From: Bacteroidales bacterium | Lineage (GTDB): Bacteria > Bacteroidota > Bacteroidia > Bacteroidales > CAIWKO01 | NCBI GenBank assembly: GCA_035354195.1 | Contig: DAOQAT010000001.1 | Location: 12,369-76,368 of the forward strand | Length of the DNA stretch: 64,000 bases | Direction: 5' to 3' | Shown here: piece by piece, positions 1 through 9,025 of the stretch | How the letters are laid out: each line of letters opens with the position of its first letter | Position numbering within the stretch: the stretch's first letter is position 1 | Translations under genes and position numbers: made by a program | The notes under the pieces: model-generated | Seen by the model: the letters and a program-made list of their open reading frames with translations, nothing else | Told to the model about the DNA's origin: nothing | Databases searched by the model: none

Positions 1-602
1 AGGATCTTGCGCGTGAGCTGGCGTATCTCGTTCGGCATGGTGGCTGAAAACATGAGGTTTTGCCTTTTTTTAGGCATGTACGAAATGATCTGCATGATGT
101 CGTCATAAAAGCCCATGTCGAGCATGCGGTCGGCTTCATCAAGGATCAGGTATTTGACATGCGACATATCCACGTACCCCTGGTTCAGGTGCGCGATCAT
201 GCGCCCGGGCGTGCAGATGACCATATCCACACCTTCGGCCAGCGACTGTTTTTCATTCCCGAAAGAGGCACCGTCGGTACCGCCGTATACGGCAATAGAA
301 CTCACCGGTGTGAAGTATGAAAAACCTTCCATCTGCTGGTCTATCTGAACGGCAAGCTCCCGCGTAGGCACGATGACCACAGCTTTGATGTGATCATGAT
401 GTTCAGAAGTTATAATGTTGTTTATAATGGGTAATAAAAAGGCCGCTGTTTTGCCTGTGCCTGTCTGTGCCGAACCTATCAGGTCTTTGCCCTGCATGAT
501 AAGCGGGATGGCCATTTCCTGGATCGGTGTGGCGGCCTGATAACCTATAGATTCTATGCCTTCGAGCAGGCGGGGATCGAATCCGAATTCATCAAATTTC
601 AA
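1..602 (-). CDS. DEAD-box ATP-dependent RNA helicase, N-terminal ~200 aa (remainder lies left of the window)
   Basis: Absent from the ORF track because it runs off the window edge. Reverse-strand reading from TTG at 602-600 gives LKFDEFGFDPRLLEGIESIGYQAATPIQ, AQTGTGKTAAF, PTRELA, LILDEADRMLDMGF, FSATMP (Q motif, Walker A, Ia, DEAD box, SAT). An in-frame stop at 644-642 with no ATG in between makes TTG the likely start. Confidence 0.9.
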   Translation of the reverse strand, partial: MKFDEFGFDPRLLEGIESIGYQAATPIQEMAIPLIMQGKDLIGSAQTGTGKTAAFLLPIINNIITSEHHDHIKAVVIVPTRELAVQIDQQMEGFSYFTPVSSIAVYGGTDGASFGNEKQSLAEGVDMVICTPGRMIAHLNQGYVDMSHVKYLILDEADRMLDMGFYDDIMQIISYMPKKRQNLMFSATMPNEIRQLTRKI

Positions 603-641
603 AGTAAAATAATTTTGTGCAAAGGTAGGCTTTTTTCGGGA

Positions 642-1067
642 CTATTCGAACAGCGGCACAAAGCGTTTCCGCATCAGCGGCTGGTCGAGGCTCCACACGG
701 TGGCTTTACACGCGCAAACCCTGAAAAGCCCGATGGTTTCATAACCCATGGCTTCTATCCAGGGCTTCATGAAAGGCCGTGCATCTACGATTTCCTGTTT
801 CATGGCAAGCTCGTCGTCGGCCTCCACAACGGTGCCGGTTACACGCACCTGCATGTAATTGCTGTAAAAGCACAATTCAACACGGGGGTTGGCCAGCAGC
901 TGTTTGTAAAAATCTTTGTTTTTTCCGGTGCTGAAAATAATGCCTTTGTCATCGGTTTTGTACATCATGATCCCGCGAACCCGTGGCTGGCCGTTGTCTG
1001 TTGTGGCAATAAAAAACAACGGGTTTTCCCCGATAAAATCAATGATTTCTTCCCTGGTGTTTAACAT
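642..1067 (-). CDS. pyridoxamine 5'-phosphate oxidase-like FMN-binding split-barrel protein
   Basis: 141 aa. The N-terminus EEIIDFIGENPLFFIATTDNGQPRVRGI and the length fit the PNPOx-like split-barrel family as I recall it. The start overlaps the stop of the upstream gene (ATGTTAA, 1067-1061). Confidence 0.65.
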   Translation of the reverse strand: MLNTREEIIDFIGENPLFFIATTDNGQPRVRGIMMYKTDDKGIIFSTGKNKDFYKQLLANPRVELCFYSNYMQVRVTGTVVEADDELAMKQEIVDARPFMKPWIEAMGYETIGLFRVCACKATVWSLDQPLMRKRFVPLFE

Positions 1068-1999
1068 AGCTGCTGAATTTTTTTAAGATTAAAAATTTTA
1101 AAATCCCCTTCGATGAACTTCCCGATTTTGTAAAGGCTCTCACCGGCGCCGCATTCAATAAATGTGTCCACGCCGTTTTGCTGCATGAACATGAACGTCT
1201 TATACCAGTCGAATCCATGAAACAGGTTTTTGGTAAGTTCTTCGGTAATAGCTGCCCGGTTCATGATGAAACGGTGATCAATGGGCGAAACGTACGTTAA
1301 CTCATTAGTTCCGATGTCCATGTTCGGCAAAGCCTTTTGAAACTCAGCGGCTGCTTGTTCCAGGACAGGTGCATGGTAGGGATGGGAAACTGGCAGCATG
1401 CGTGCCTGCATGGCGCCCATGGCTGTGGCCCCGGCAATGACTTTTTCGAGGTGCTTTTTTTTTCCTGACAGCAAAAACGAAAATTCACTGTTTTGGTTGA
1501 TAATAAAAATGTCGGAATGAAATGGCCGGACCAGGCCGTTGACATCGTCGCGGTTCAGTCCGCCGAGCACACACATCGATGACGGGGATCCTGGTAAATG
1601 ATGTTCTATGGATTCGTAAGCGTTTTTGATCAACAGCAGCCCGGTGCTGAAATCTATCGAACGGCAATGATACAAGGCGGCATAGATACCCATGCTGTAA
1701 GAAGTGACATAAGCAGGCTGAAAATCCTTTTTATGTAACATGTCCGAAACACAACAACTGATGATGTAGGGGATGTATTGCGATTTCAGCTGGTGGCCAA
1801 GAAAATTATTTGTCGCGATGTCAAAATCCTCTAGCTGTTCTCCGGTTATTTCCGTTGCTTTTTTAAGGTAGGCCTTAAAATCAATACCATAATGTTCCAG
1901 GACCCCGGTTTCGATGCCCAGGTATTCGGGCACAAAAGCAGGGAAGAGGTGTGCTGTTTTTTTAGGATCGATAATTATTTTGTTTGCAGGTACCGTCAT
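1061..1999 (-). CDS. divergent FabD-like acyltransferase-domain protein
   Basis: 312 aa. The nucleophile elbow is SYSMG where FabD has GHSLG. Downstream VSHPYHAP matches the FabD SxxFHS histidine motif. No ketosynthase or ACP gene is nearby. Confidence 0.55.
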   Translation of the reverse strand: MTVPANKIIIDPKKTAHLFPAFVPEYLGIETGVLEHYGIDFKAYLKKATEITGEQLEDFDIATNNFLGHQLKSQYIPYIISCCVSDMLHKKDFQPAYVTSYSMGIYAALYHCRSIDFSTGLLLIKNAYESIEHHLPGSPSSMCVLGGLNRDDVNGLVRPFHSDIFIINQNSEFSFLLSGKKKHLEKVIAGATAMGAMQARMLPVSHPYHAPVLEQAAAEFQKALPNMDIGTNELTYVSPIDHRFIMNRAAITEELTKNLFHGFDWYKTFMFMQQNGVDTFIECGAGESLYKIGKFIEGDFKIFNLKKIQQLC

Positions 2000-2022
2000 G
2001 GATTTTTAATACATCCTCTCGT

Positions 2023-2778
2023 TTACTCAAGTTCTGCAACAAAATTAAGAAATTTTTGTAAGGAATCTTTCTTCACGTCATCGTAGTAGTAGTCAATGTT
2101 ATCACGGTAGTACGATTCAATATCAAAATAGGGATCGACTGCAACCTTGTATTTTTTCACTACATCGCTCATGTGGTCCACACCGTATTTCAGCGCGATG
2201 GAAAACTTTTTGATTTGTTCTTCGGGCAGGTCATTTCTGCAAACCCAGACGGCAAAGACAAAGGGCAAGCCGGTAAAGTTGTGCCATTCCAGGGCGAGAT
2301 CCCGTTTATGGGCGAAAGGTGCAGCAAGTTCAATGGCTTTATCGCCAATCATCACAAAAGCATCAGTAGCGGGATATTCTTTATAATTTCTGACGTTTAA
2401 TGCCTGCCATTCGGGCTTGATGTTCCAGTAATGTTTTGCCAACACTTTTACCAGGCGCACGGAAGTGGCCGACTCCAGATCCAAACCGATGGTTTTTATG
2501 TCGTTGATTTTTTTATTACTGAGCAGAAGCACGGTTTTTACTTCATTTAACGCTCCGATGCAATAATCAGTAATGATTTTATGTTCCGGCAACGAAGGCA
2601 GCGCACCGGCCGGCACCAGGGCAATATCGCATGCCCCTGATTCAAAGCATCGCGCACATTCGGCAGGAGGGAACAGCAGCAGTTTATAAGTACGGTGCAA
2701 CCCCGAATTTTCTATTCCGAAAACAAATGGAAAGGTATTGGCGTAAGAAACAGCGGCTATGCGAAGGGGTTTATTCAT
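2023..2778 (-). CDS. mqnA: MqnA/MqnD-family menaquinone (futalosine route) protein, probable chorismate dehydratase
   Basis: 251 aa. The N-terminus LRIAAVSYANTFPFVFGI and the size fit the VitK2_biosynth family. Confidence 0.65.
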   Translation of the reverse strand: MNKPLRIAAVSYANTFPFVFGIENSGLHRTYKLLLFPPAECARCFESGACDIALVPAGALPSLPEHKIITDYCIGALNEVKTVLLLSNKKINDIKTIGLDLESATSVRLVKVLAKHYWNIKPEWQALNVRNYKEYPATDAFVMIGDKAIELAAPFAHKRDLALEWHNFTGLPFVFAVWVCRNDLPEEQIKKFSIALKYGVDHMSDVVKKYKVAVDPYFDIESYYRDNIDYYYDDVKKDSLQKFLNFVAELE

Positions 2779-2927
2779 AATATGATTACGGGTAGGGATA
2801 ACTTAAAGAAGTTAGTTTTTTATAAATTTTTTTGGATGGTCTTTATTAAACAAAGATACAGAAATTCTAAAGTGAAAAGTACGGCCACCTTTTATCAATT
2901 GGCCGGTAACAAAAAGTGGATTTCATT

Positions 2928-3635
2928 TTAATTTGCAATAATGATCAATGTTTTCCCCTCGTCAATAGCCTCTTTAACCTGGAATCCGGACAGTTTAAGA
3001 AAAAGCAGCATTTCATCTTTTGTAAAAGCGCGTAAGGTCGTCAAGTCATCATAAGTTGCGACTTCACCATTATCCTCGATGATGTAGGTGGCATGCCAGT
3101 CATACGTCCAGCCTGTTTCAAGGTTCATTTTCAGTTTGCTGATCCTTCGGATCTTTTTTTTACCATGCTCAATGAGTTGTTCAAAATCATTGAAATTGTC
3201 AAAGATCCCGTTTGCCTCGAAAAATCCAAAGACCAGGATTCCGCCATCTCTCAGAGATTTGTGAATACCGTGCAGTGTATCCATGATTCCACGGTTTTCG
3301 ATCACATATGAAATGGAACGGCCTGTAATTAATACAGCATCAAATTGTTGGTCGAAGGATAAATTGCGCATATCCGCTTGGACAAACAAACCTGACGGTA
3401 CTTCAGTCCGGGCAATTTTCAGCATTTCATTAAATAAATCCACGCCGGTATAGTCATATCCGTTTTTCAGAAAACGGTGTGCCAGCATTCCTGAGCCGCA
3501 ACCTACCTCAAGAATTTTATGGCAATTGTTACTTTTCAGGATGGCATCATAAAAGTTGTATTCTTTGTCATAGTCAAAAATATGCTGGTACATCTCATGG
3601 TAGACATTTGCCAGCGCTGAGTATAATTGAGTCAT
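2928..3635 (-). CDS. class I SAM-dependent methyltransferase
   Basis: 235 aa. Motif I is ILEVGCGSGMLAHRF, followed by acidic VDL and the post-I/II pattern (FDAVLITG). Confidence 0.8.
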   Translation of the reverse strand: MTQLYSALANVYHEMYQHIFDYDKEYNFYDAILKSNNCHKILEVGCGSGMLAHRFLKNGYDYTGVDLFNEMLKIARTEVPSGLFVQADMRNLSFDQQFDAVLITGRSISYVIENRGIMDTLHGIHKSLRDGGILVFGFFEANGIFDNFNDFEQLIEHGKKKIRRISKLKMNLETGWTYDWHATYIIEDNGEVATYDDLTTLRAFTKDEMLLFLKLSGFQVKEAIDEGKTLIIIAN

Positions 3636-3660
3636 TTCAGAGGTTTTTTGTTTTAAAATT

Positions 3661-3693
3661 TGGTATTTGTTTGTCCGCGGCGGATTTGTTGCT
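3661..3693. repeat. CGCGG-core palindromic element, copy 1 (TG-rich orientation on + strand)
   Basis: tttgtttgTCCGCGGCGGAtttgttgc. Its reverse complement, AATCCGCCGCGGACAAACAA, shares both flanks with copy 2 at 5909-5931. It lies just 3' of the minus-strand gene 3769..4395. Confidence 0.6.
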
Positions 3694-3768
3694 TCCTATT
3701 TGTTGCTTTTGGTAAATTAAAAAACAAATTACAAAACAAAATCCACTCAAAGTGTTGTTTTGCCACGT

Positions 3769-4395
3769 TTAAGCTAAGGTCAGATACTTCAAAATCAGGT
3801 CGGCGCTTTTATCAACACCGATTTTACTAGTATCAATACACAGGTCATACTGTTTGGCATCCGACCACTTTTTCCCTGTAAATGTGCTGATATAATGAGT
3901 CCGTTCTTTATCGCTTTGAGCGATCATTTTTTCGGCTTCAGCTTTAGAGATATGGTACTGCTCCTGTATCCTCTTCGCTCTGAAATCTGCATCTCCGTGA
4001 AGGAAAATCCTTACACAATTTGGGTGGTCACGCAACACATGAAAGCCGCAGCGTCCAATGATAACCGAAGGCCGGTCTTTGGCGAACCGTTTAATGACAT
4101 TTGCTTCAGCATTGAACACATCAAAAGACGTGGGGGCGAATTTTCGCGGAGTTGGTATGTAAGCGTCCGGTGAGGCGCCGCTATACAGCCAGAATGATTT
4201 CCAGAAGGTTTCCGTTTTTTCATCCTGCGATTCCACATCTTCTACAAAAGCAGAAAGTTGTTCGGCAGCTTTTGTAATAATTTCATGATCTGCATAATAC
4301 ATGTTCAGCTTTTGCGCCAGCTGCTGCCCGATGTATGCACCGCCACTGCCAAGCTCGCGGCTGATGGTGATGACTAAATGTTCTTTCTGTTTCAT
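3769..4395 (-). CDS. cytidylate kinase-like family protein (P-loop NTPase, role unknown)
   Basis: 208 aa. The N-terminal ITISRELGSGGAYIGQQLAQKL is typical of the cytidylate-kinase-like family. Confidence 0.65.
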   Translation of the reverse strand: MKQKEHLVITISRELGSGGAYIGQQLAQKLNMYYADHEIITKAAEQLSAFVEDVESQDEKTETFWKSFWLYSGASPDAYIPTPRKFAPTSFDVFNAEANVIKRFAKDRPSVIIGRCGFHVLRDHPNCVRIFLHGDADFRAKRIQEQYHISKAEAEKMIAQSDKERTHYISTFTGKKWSDAKQYDLCIDTSKIGVDKSADLILKYLTLA

Positions 4396-4548
4396 TTTTG
4401 CATCTCCTTATTTAAATGATTTATTTCATAATGAAATTGTCATTATTATATGACAAATATAAAGGAAAATGGTCGGAAAACCAAGAAATTCTGTATGGAT
4501 TATCTGGCGAAAAATGAAAATTATGTGATCGTGCTTGAAGAAAACTGA

Positions 4549-4556
4549 TACTTTTG
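4549..4556 (+). promoter_or_regulatory. candidate Bacteroidota -7 promoter box (TACTTTTG) for the alkaline phosphatase gene
   Basis: Exact match to the TAnnTTTG consensus, 28 nt upstream of the ATG at 4584. Confidence 0.4.
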
Positions 4557-4583
4557 ATTGGTGAAATTTCTAATCTTGCTGCT

Positions 4584-5855
4584 ATGAAAAAGTTTTTATC
4601 AAACATTTTTTTGTTATTTATTATAACCATTGTCTCATGTGGATTACAGGCTCAAAATGCTGCAAAGGCAAAATATGTTTTTTTGTTTATCGGCGATGGC
4701 ATGGGTGTCAACCAGGTTTTTGTTACTGAAAAATACAATGAGCTCACAAAGGCAGAACCCTTGGTTTTTATGAATAATAAATGGGCCTTCGGGCTTTCCA
4801 TGACGGAATGCGCAGATAGTAATAAAATAACTGATTCAGGGGCCGGTGGTACAGCGATAGCTTGCGGTGAACGGACAAGTTTCGGCGATATTGGTGAATA
4901 TAAAGGAAAAGAGCTGGAGAGTATTGCCGAATACCTGCATACAAAAATGAATTTTAAGATAGGGATCATCACCAGTGTGCCACTCAATCACGCGACTCCT
5001 TCCTGTTTTTATGGGCACGAACCCACCCGAAGAAATTACGACAACCTGACCAACGACCTTGTCGCCAGCGGTTTCGAATTGTTTGCCGGCGGCGGGTTTC
5101 AGCTTGGAAATGCCGACTCGGCGAAAAATATATACAAAAACTTTGATGGGGTAATACGGAAATTAAGCGAAAACGATTTTCAAATGGTGTTTAACGAAAA
5201 GCAATTAACATCGGTGGCACTGCCAATGAAAAGCCGGGTAATGATTATCGATACGGCCATCCGTAACAAACAGCAGAAACTGAAAAATTGTTACAGCGAC
5301 GAAAAAAACTCCCTGCCCTGTATCCTTGACGAGCCCGGTTGTAAGATGAAACTTGCTGCATACACTGAATGTGCTCAGAATTTACTCATGAACGACAACG
5401 GTTTTTTCATCATGGTTGAAGGTGGAAAGATCGACTGGGCGTGCCATGACAATGATGCCCTGACGGCCATTTGGGAGATCAATGCGTTTAACGAAGCCAT
5501 CAAAAAAGCCTACGAGTTTTACCTGAAGCATCCTGAAAATACGCTGATCATTGTTACAGCCGATCACGAAACCGGAGGCATGGCCCAGGGTGCACGACCC
5601 GATGATAAAACCCCCGGCAAAAAAGATGGTTACGCCTTACAAATAAAGAAACTCCTGGTTCAAAAACAATCCTACATTTACACCACCGGTGATTCCTTGC
5701 AAAAAATTCAGAAAGCAGCGCGGATCGGGTGGACCACCTTCGAACATTCGTCAGCTCCTGTGGGGGTTTGGGCTATTGGTAACGGAAGTGAAAAATTTTC
5801 AGGGATCATAAAAAATTCAGATATAAAAGAAAAGATTTTGAACCTGGTAAGATAA
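4584..5855 (+). CDS. alkaline phosphatase (PhoA family), probable lipoprotein
   Basis: Motifs FIGDGMG, TDSGAGGTA (active-site Ser region) and ADHETGG. I moved the start to MKKFL at 4584, which gives a signal peptide ending in the lipobox-like IVSC. The track start at 4554 is TTG. Confidence 0.85.
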   Translation: MKKFLSNIFLLFIITIVSCGLQAQNAAKAKYVFLFIGDGMGVNQVFVTEKYNELTKAEPLVFMNNKWAFGLSMTECADSNKITDSGAGGTAIACGERTSFGDIGEYKGKELESIAEYLHTKMNFKIGIITSVPLNHATPSCFYGHEPTRRNYDNLTNDLVASGFELFAGGGFQLGNADSAKNIYKNFDGVIRKLSENDFQMVFNEKQLTSVALPMKSRVMIIDTAIRNKQQKLKNCYSDEKNSLPCILDEPGCKMKLAAYTECAQNLLMNDNGFFIMVEGGKIDWACHDNDALTAIWEINAFNEAIKKAYEFYLKHPENTLIIVTADHETGGMAQGARPDDKTPGKKDGYALQIKKLLVQKQSYIYTTGDSLQKIQKAARIGWTTFEHSSAPVGVWAIGNGSEKFSGIIKNSDIKEKILNLVR

Positions 5856-5860
5856 CCTGA

Positions 5861-5940
5861 GTTTTACTCAAATCACAAAAATCAAATAACAAATCACAAA
5901 CAAATCTCAATCCGCTGCGGCGGACAAACAATTCAAACAT
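5861..5940. repeat. CA-rich tract plus GC palindrome element, copy 2
   Basis: caaatcacaaaaatcaaataacaaatcacaaacaaatctcaaTCCGCTGCGGCGGAcaaacaattcaaaca. The hairpin is TCCGC-TGCG-GCGGA at 5911-5924. It lies directly 3' of the phosphatase gene. Confidence 0.6.
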
Positions 5941-6000
5941 TTGGATAAGTTGTAAACTATAAAAGTGCTGTTTGGAAATTTGATATTAATTATTGAATAT

Positions 6001-6042
6001 TGTTTGGATTTTGGTTCGCCGCGGCGAATTGTATTTTGGAAT
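6001..6042. repeat. GC palindrome element, copy 3 (inverted relative to copy 2)
   Basis: tgtttggattttggTTCGCCGCGGCGAAttgtattttgg. There is a perfect 14-nt palindrome at 6015-6028. The reverse complement aligns with copy 2 at roughly three quarters identity over ~32 nt with one gap. It lies directly 3' of the minus-strand gene 6043..6834. Confidence 0.6.
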
Positions 6043-6834
6043 TTATGGTATTAACATTGTCGTTTTGCTTTCATTCCTAACCTTACTCACTCCAATGGTA
6101 GCTGCAACCACCGAATAAGCCGGTGCAAAGATAAAGCCCACAACCGGAACAAAGAAAAACAGCAAATAAAATACGATGCCATTTGAAACAGCCATACCAC
6201 GGTTTTTCCGGACAAACTTCACGCTGTCCCTTACTTTCATTCTAAAACGTTCATTCGAATAATCGATCATGGAAAACCCATAAAAGTAACAGGTGATAAA
6301 GAACATGATGATCGGAGCAAACCATCCGGCAATGGGGATATAGCTTGCGAAAAAAAGCAGGATCATAAAGGCCATTTCAATCAAAAAATTCCGGATGACA
6401 ATCCTGATGCCTCTTAAGACATCTTTAATAAATTGCCCCAAACGAAACGGATAATTAGTTCCTGTGAGGATTTTATCTGTTTTTTCAGAAAGAAGGGCAA
6501 GGGCGGGAGAGAGGATGGCTAGCACAATATAGCGGTATACGGATGTGTAAAACAGAAATAACAACAGATATAACCCTATCTTAAAAATCCATTTAAAGAA
6601 AACAATAACATATTTTAAAAAACCTTCCGGTGAAGATGATAATCCTGTAATGTCAAGCAGCCAATCCGTAAAAAGGGTGATATAATGCCAGCCGAAAAAT
6701 ATAAGCAGCAACAGCATGGCAATATTGATGATCGCCGGTAAAAAGACATAACCCCACAGCCGGTGTTTTACAATAAGTTTGTGCGCATCGGAATATGTGT
6801 TGAAACCAAGTTTGAATTTCGGCAGGAGCGGCAT
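6043..6834 (-). CDS. EI24/CysZ-like multi-pass membrane protein
   Basis: 263 aa with about 6 hydrophobic spans. The N-terminus and topology resemble the EI24 domain family. It starts 4 nt after the antiporter gene ends. Confidence 0.55.
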   Translation of the reverse strand: MPLLPKFKLGFNTYSDAHKLIVKHRLWGYVFLPAIINIAMLLLLIFFGWHYITLFTDWLLDITGLSSSPEGFLKYVIVFFKWIFKIGLYLLLFLFYTSVYRYIVLAILSPALALLSEKTDKILTGTNYPFRLGQFIKDVLRGIRIVIRNFLIEMAFMILLFFASYIPIAGWFAPIIMFFITCYFYGFSMIDYSNERFRMKVRDSVKFVRKNRGMAVSNGIVFYLLFFFVPVVGFIFAPAYSVVAATIGVSKVRNESKTTMLIP

Positions 6835-6837
6835 TTA

Positions 6838-8973
6838 TCAGAATTTTCTCTTAATAACTTTTTTAACGTTTTTGCTGATCTTCGAAATCCGGTCGATATT
6901 TTCCTGAATAGGTGATTTGGTAAGCCCGTCGATGCTCAGGTTTGAATTCTGATGGCGGACGGAATGTTGTTCAGGGTATACGATCACAAAACTATATTTT
7001 ATAAAGTTTTTTGAAAGTTGTTTGGGTAAGTTTGAAAGATACGGATGGTGTGAAATCGTATTTTCACGGGCGTTGATCCAGAACAACAGGTCTGTATGGT
7101 TCAGGTGATCCCTTAACGATTCCAGGTTGGCGTAATCATCAAATTTAATAAAGTTCACCGAAGAAGCCTTGGAACCATCGAAATCTTTCATTAAATGTTC
7201 CAGGGTCTCATCCTTGGCAAAGATCATCACCTTGGATGAAAGTTCCTTCGAAATCTCAGATATTTGCCGGACCCATTTTTTGTAACCCGGTTCATACTCA
7301 GCTCCGGGCGGGACTATAATCACCAGGCGTTTGTAATACCCCAGCGGGTTGGCAACTTTCACCACAAAAATCATCTGGTTGTTTTTCGGAAGGATATTGT
7401 CCACGATACCTCCAAAGAGGCTGAGTAACGAAGTGGTCTGCCCGTTCCATCCAAGAACCACTTTGGTGATCATCAGCTCCTTGATCGCGCGGTTGATCCC
7501 GTTAGCTACGTTGACGTCAATGCGTGTTACGATCCGCACCGTTTTGTCTTCCGAGACAGCCTGATTTACAATGCGTTCAATACTTTGGGTTTTTACCATG
7601 ATTTCGTAACGGGCCTCTTCAGTGTCAGGGCTGCCGGTAAAAACATTCAGCGGATATAAGGGCTCTTTGGATTTTTTGTTCTTGATGAGCAGGGCGAAAT
7701 TTATCAGCATTTGCATAGTCTCCGGGTTGGATAAAGGAACCAGGATGCGTTGCTTGATAACGTCGTCTTCAACAACATAGCTTTTTTCGACGCGTGCTAA
7801 TTTTCTTCCGGCGCTTTCGGTAACAAAAGAACTTATCAGGCAACTTACAAAAATAACGATGATAGTCCCGTTAAGCATGTCAATATTGAGAATGCCCAGA
7901 TTATACCCGACCAAAATTATGGCAATGGTCGCGGCAGCATGTGAACTGCTCAATCCAAAAAGCACGTGGCGTTCCACCCTGGAAAAACCGTAAAGCTTTT
8001 GTGTGGCATAGGCTGCAACGTATTTGGTAGCTTCAGCAGTAAGTACCAGCAATCCGGCAATGATCAGGGTGTCATAACCACTGAATAAAACGTTCAGGTC
8101 CACAATCATACCCACGCCAATCAGAAAGAAAGGAATAAAAATCGTGTTGCCGATAAAAACCGTCCTGTTCATTAGTACCGAGGATGAAGGCACCAGGGAA
8201 TTCAGCGCCAATCCGGCCATAAACGCACCCACCATGGGCTCTATCCCGGCAATTTCGGACAGGAAAGCAGAGGCAAACAGTATGCATAACAGGTACAAAT
8301 ATTGCGCAGCGCCGTCACCTTCGAGATTTTTAAAAAACCACCGGCTTATTGCAGGCACGACCCATAGCATTATCACTACGAATAATGACAAAGAAATAAT
8401 CATAATGATCCAGAACTGTGTATCCAGCGTGCCCTGAAAAACTTTTACAATAATGGCCAGTAACAACAATACCGCCGTATCCGTAATGATGGTCCCTCCG
8501 ATAACAATATTTACCACACGGTTTTTGGTAATACCCAGCCGGGAAGCAATCGGGTAGGAGACCAGGGTGTGTGTGGAAAACATGCTGGATAATAGCAATG
8601 ACGGCAGAAAACTAAGTTTGATAACATAATACGTAACAAAAAAACCAAGGATCAGGGGGATGAAAAAGGTAAAGGCCCCGAAGACCGCGCTACGGGAACG
8701 GTTTTTTTTGAAGTCCACCAGGTCGATCTCCAGCCCGACAAGAAACATGATGTACAACAGGCCAAACTGCGAAAGCATGTTCACGCCGTTGACCGGCGAT
8801 ATTATATTAAACCCGTGCGGGCCGATCAGCACGCCGGCCAGGATAAAACCTACAATACCCGGGATGCGTAATTTCCTAAGCAGGCGCGGGGCAAGAAAAA
8901 TGATGACAAAAATTAATAGAAAAACAAGGATGGAGTCGGTGATGGGTAGTTGAAATTTATCTAAAAATTTCAC
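6838..8973 (-). CDS. CPA2-type cation:proton antiporter with a C-terminal cytoplasmic (USP-like) region
   Basis: 711 aa. About 400 aa form a polytopic Na+/H+-exchanger-like N-terminal part (GFILAGVLIGPHGF). This is followed by a soluble C-terminal part of about 300 aa. Confidence 0.85.
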   Translation of the reverse strand: MKFLDKFQLPITDSILVFLLIFVIIFLAPRLLRKLRIPGIVGFILAGVLIGPHGFNIISPVNGVNMLSQFGLLYIMFLVGLEIDLVDFKKNRSRSAVFGAFTFFIPLILGFFVTYYVIKLSFLPSLLLSSMFSTHTLVSYPIASRLGITKNRVVNIVIGGTIITDTAVLLLLAIIVKVFQGTLDTQFWIIMIISLSLFVVIMLWVVPAISRWFFKNLEGDGAAQYLYLLCILFASAFLSEIAGIEPMVGAFMAGLALNSLVPSSSVLMNRTVFIGNTIFIPFFLIGVGMIVDLNVLFSGYDTLIIAGLLVLTAEATKYVAAYATQKLYGFSRVERHVLFGLSSSHAAATIAIILVGYNLGILNIDMLNGTIIVIFVSCLISSFVTESAGRKLARVEKSYVVEDDVIKQRILVPLSNPETMQMLINFALLIKNKKSKEPLYPLNVFTGSPDTEEARYEIMVKTQSIERIVNQAVSEDKTVRIVTRIDVNVANGINRAIKELMITKVVLGWNGQTTSLLSLFGGIVDNILPKNNQMIFVVKVANPLGYYKRLVIIVPPGAEYEPGYKKWVRQISEISKELSSKVMIFAKDETLEHLMKDFDGSKASSVNFIKFDDYANLESLRDHLNHTDLLFWINARENTISHHPYLSNLPKQLSKNFIKYSFVIVYPEQHSVRHQNSNLSIDGLTKSPIQENIDRISKISKNVKKVIKRKF

Positions 8974-9025
8974 GGGGAATTTTTGACAAAAATATAAAAT
9001 AAAAATGATTTAGTTCGACGTTTTT

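Noticed and set aside
615-1064. 149-aa plus-strand ORF
   Set aside because: It lies entirely antisense to the well-supported PNPOx-like gene. There is no motif and no promoter box, and it is a typical shadow ORF.
4421-4630. 69-aa minus-strand ORF
   Set aside because: It lies in the divergent promoter region and overlaps the phosphatase signal-peptide codons on the opposite strand. Nothing supports it.
5861-5910. CA-rich periodic tract (caaatcacaaa-like units) considered as a CRISPR array or tandem repeat
   Set aside because: The units are irregular, 10-12 nt, with no spacer structure. I treat the tract as the low-complexity flank of the palindromic element rather than as an array.
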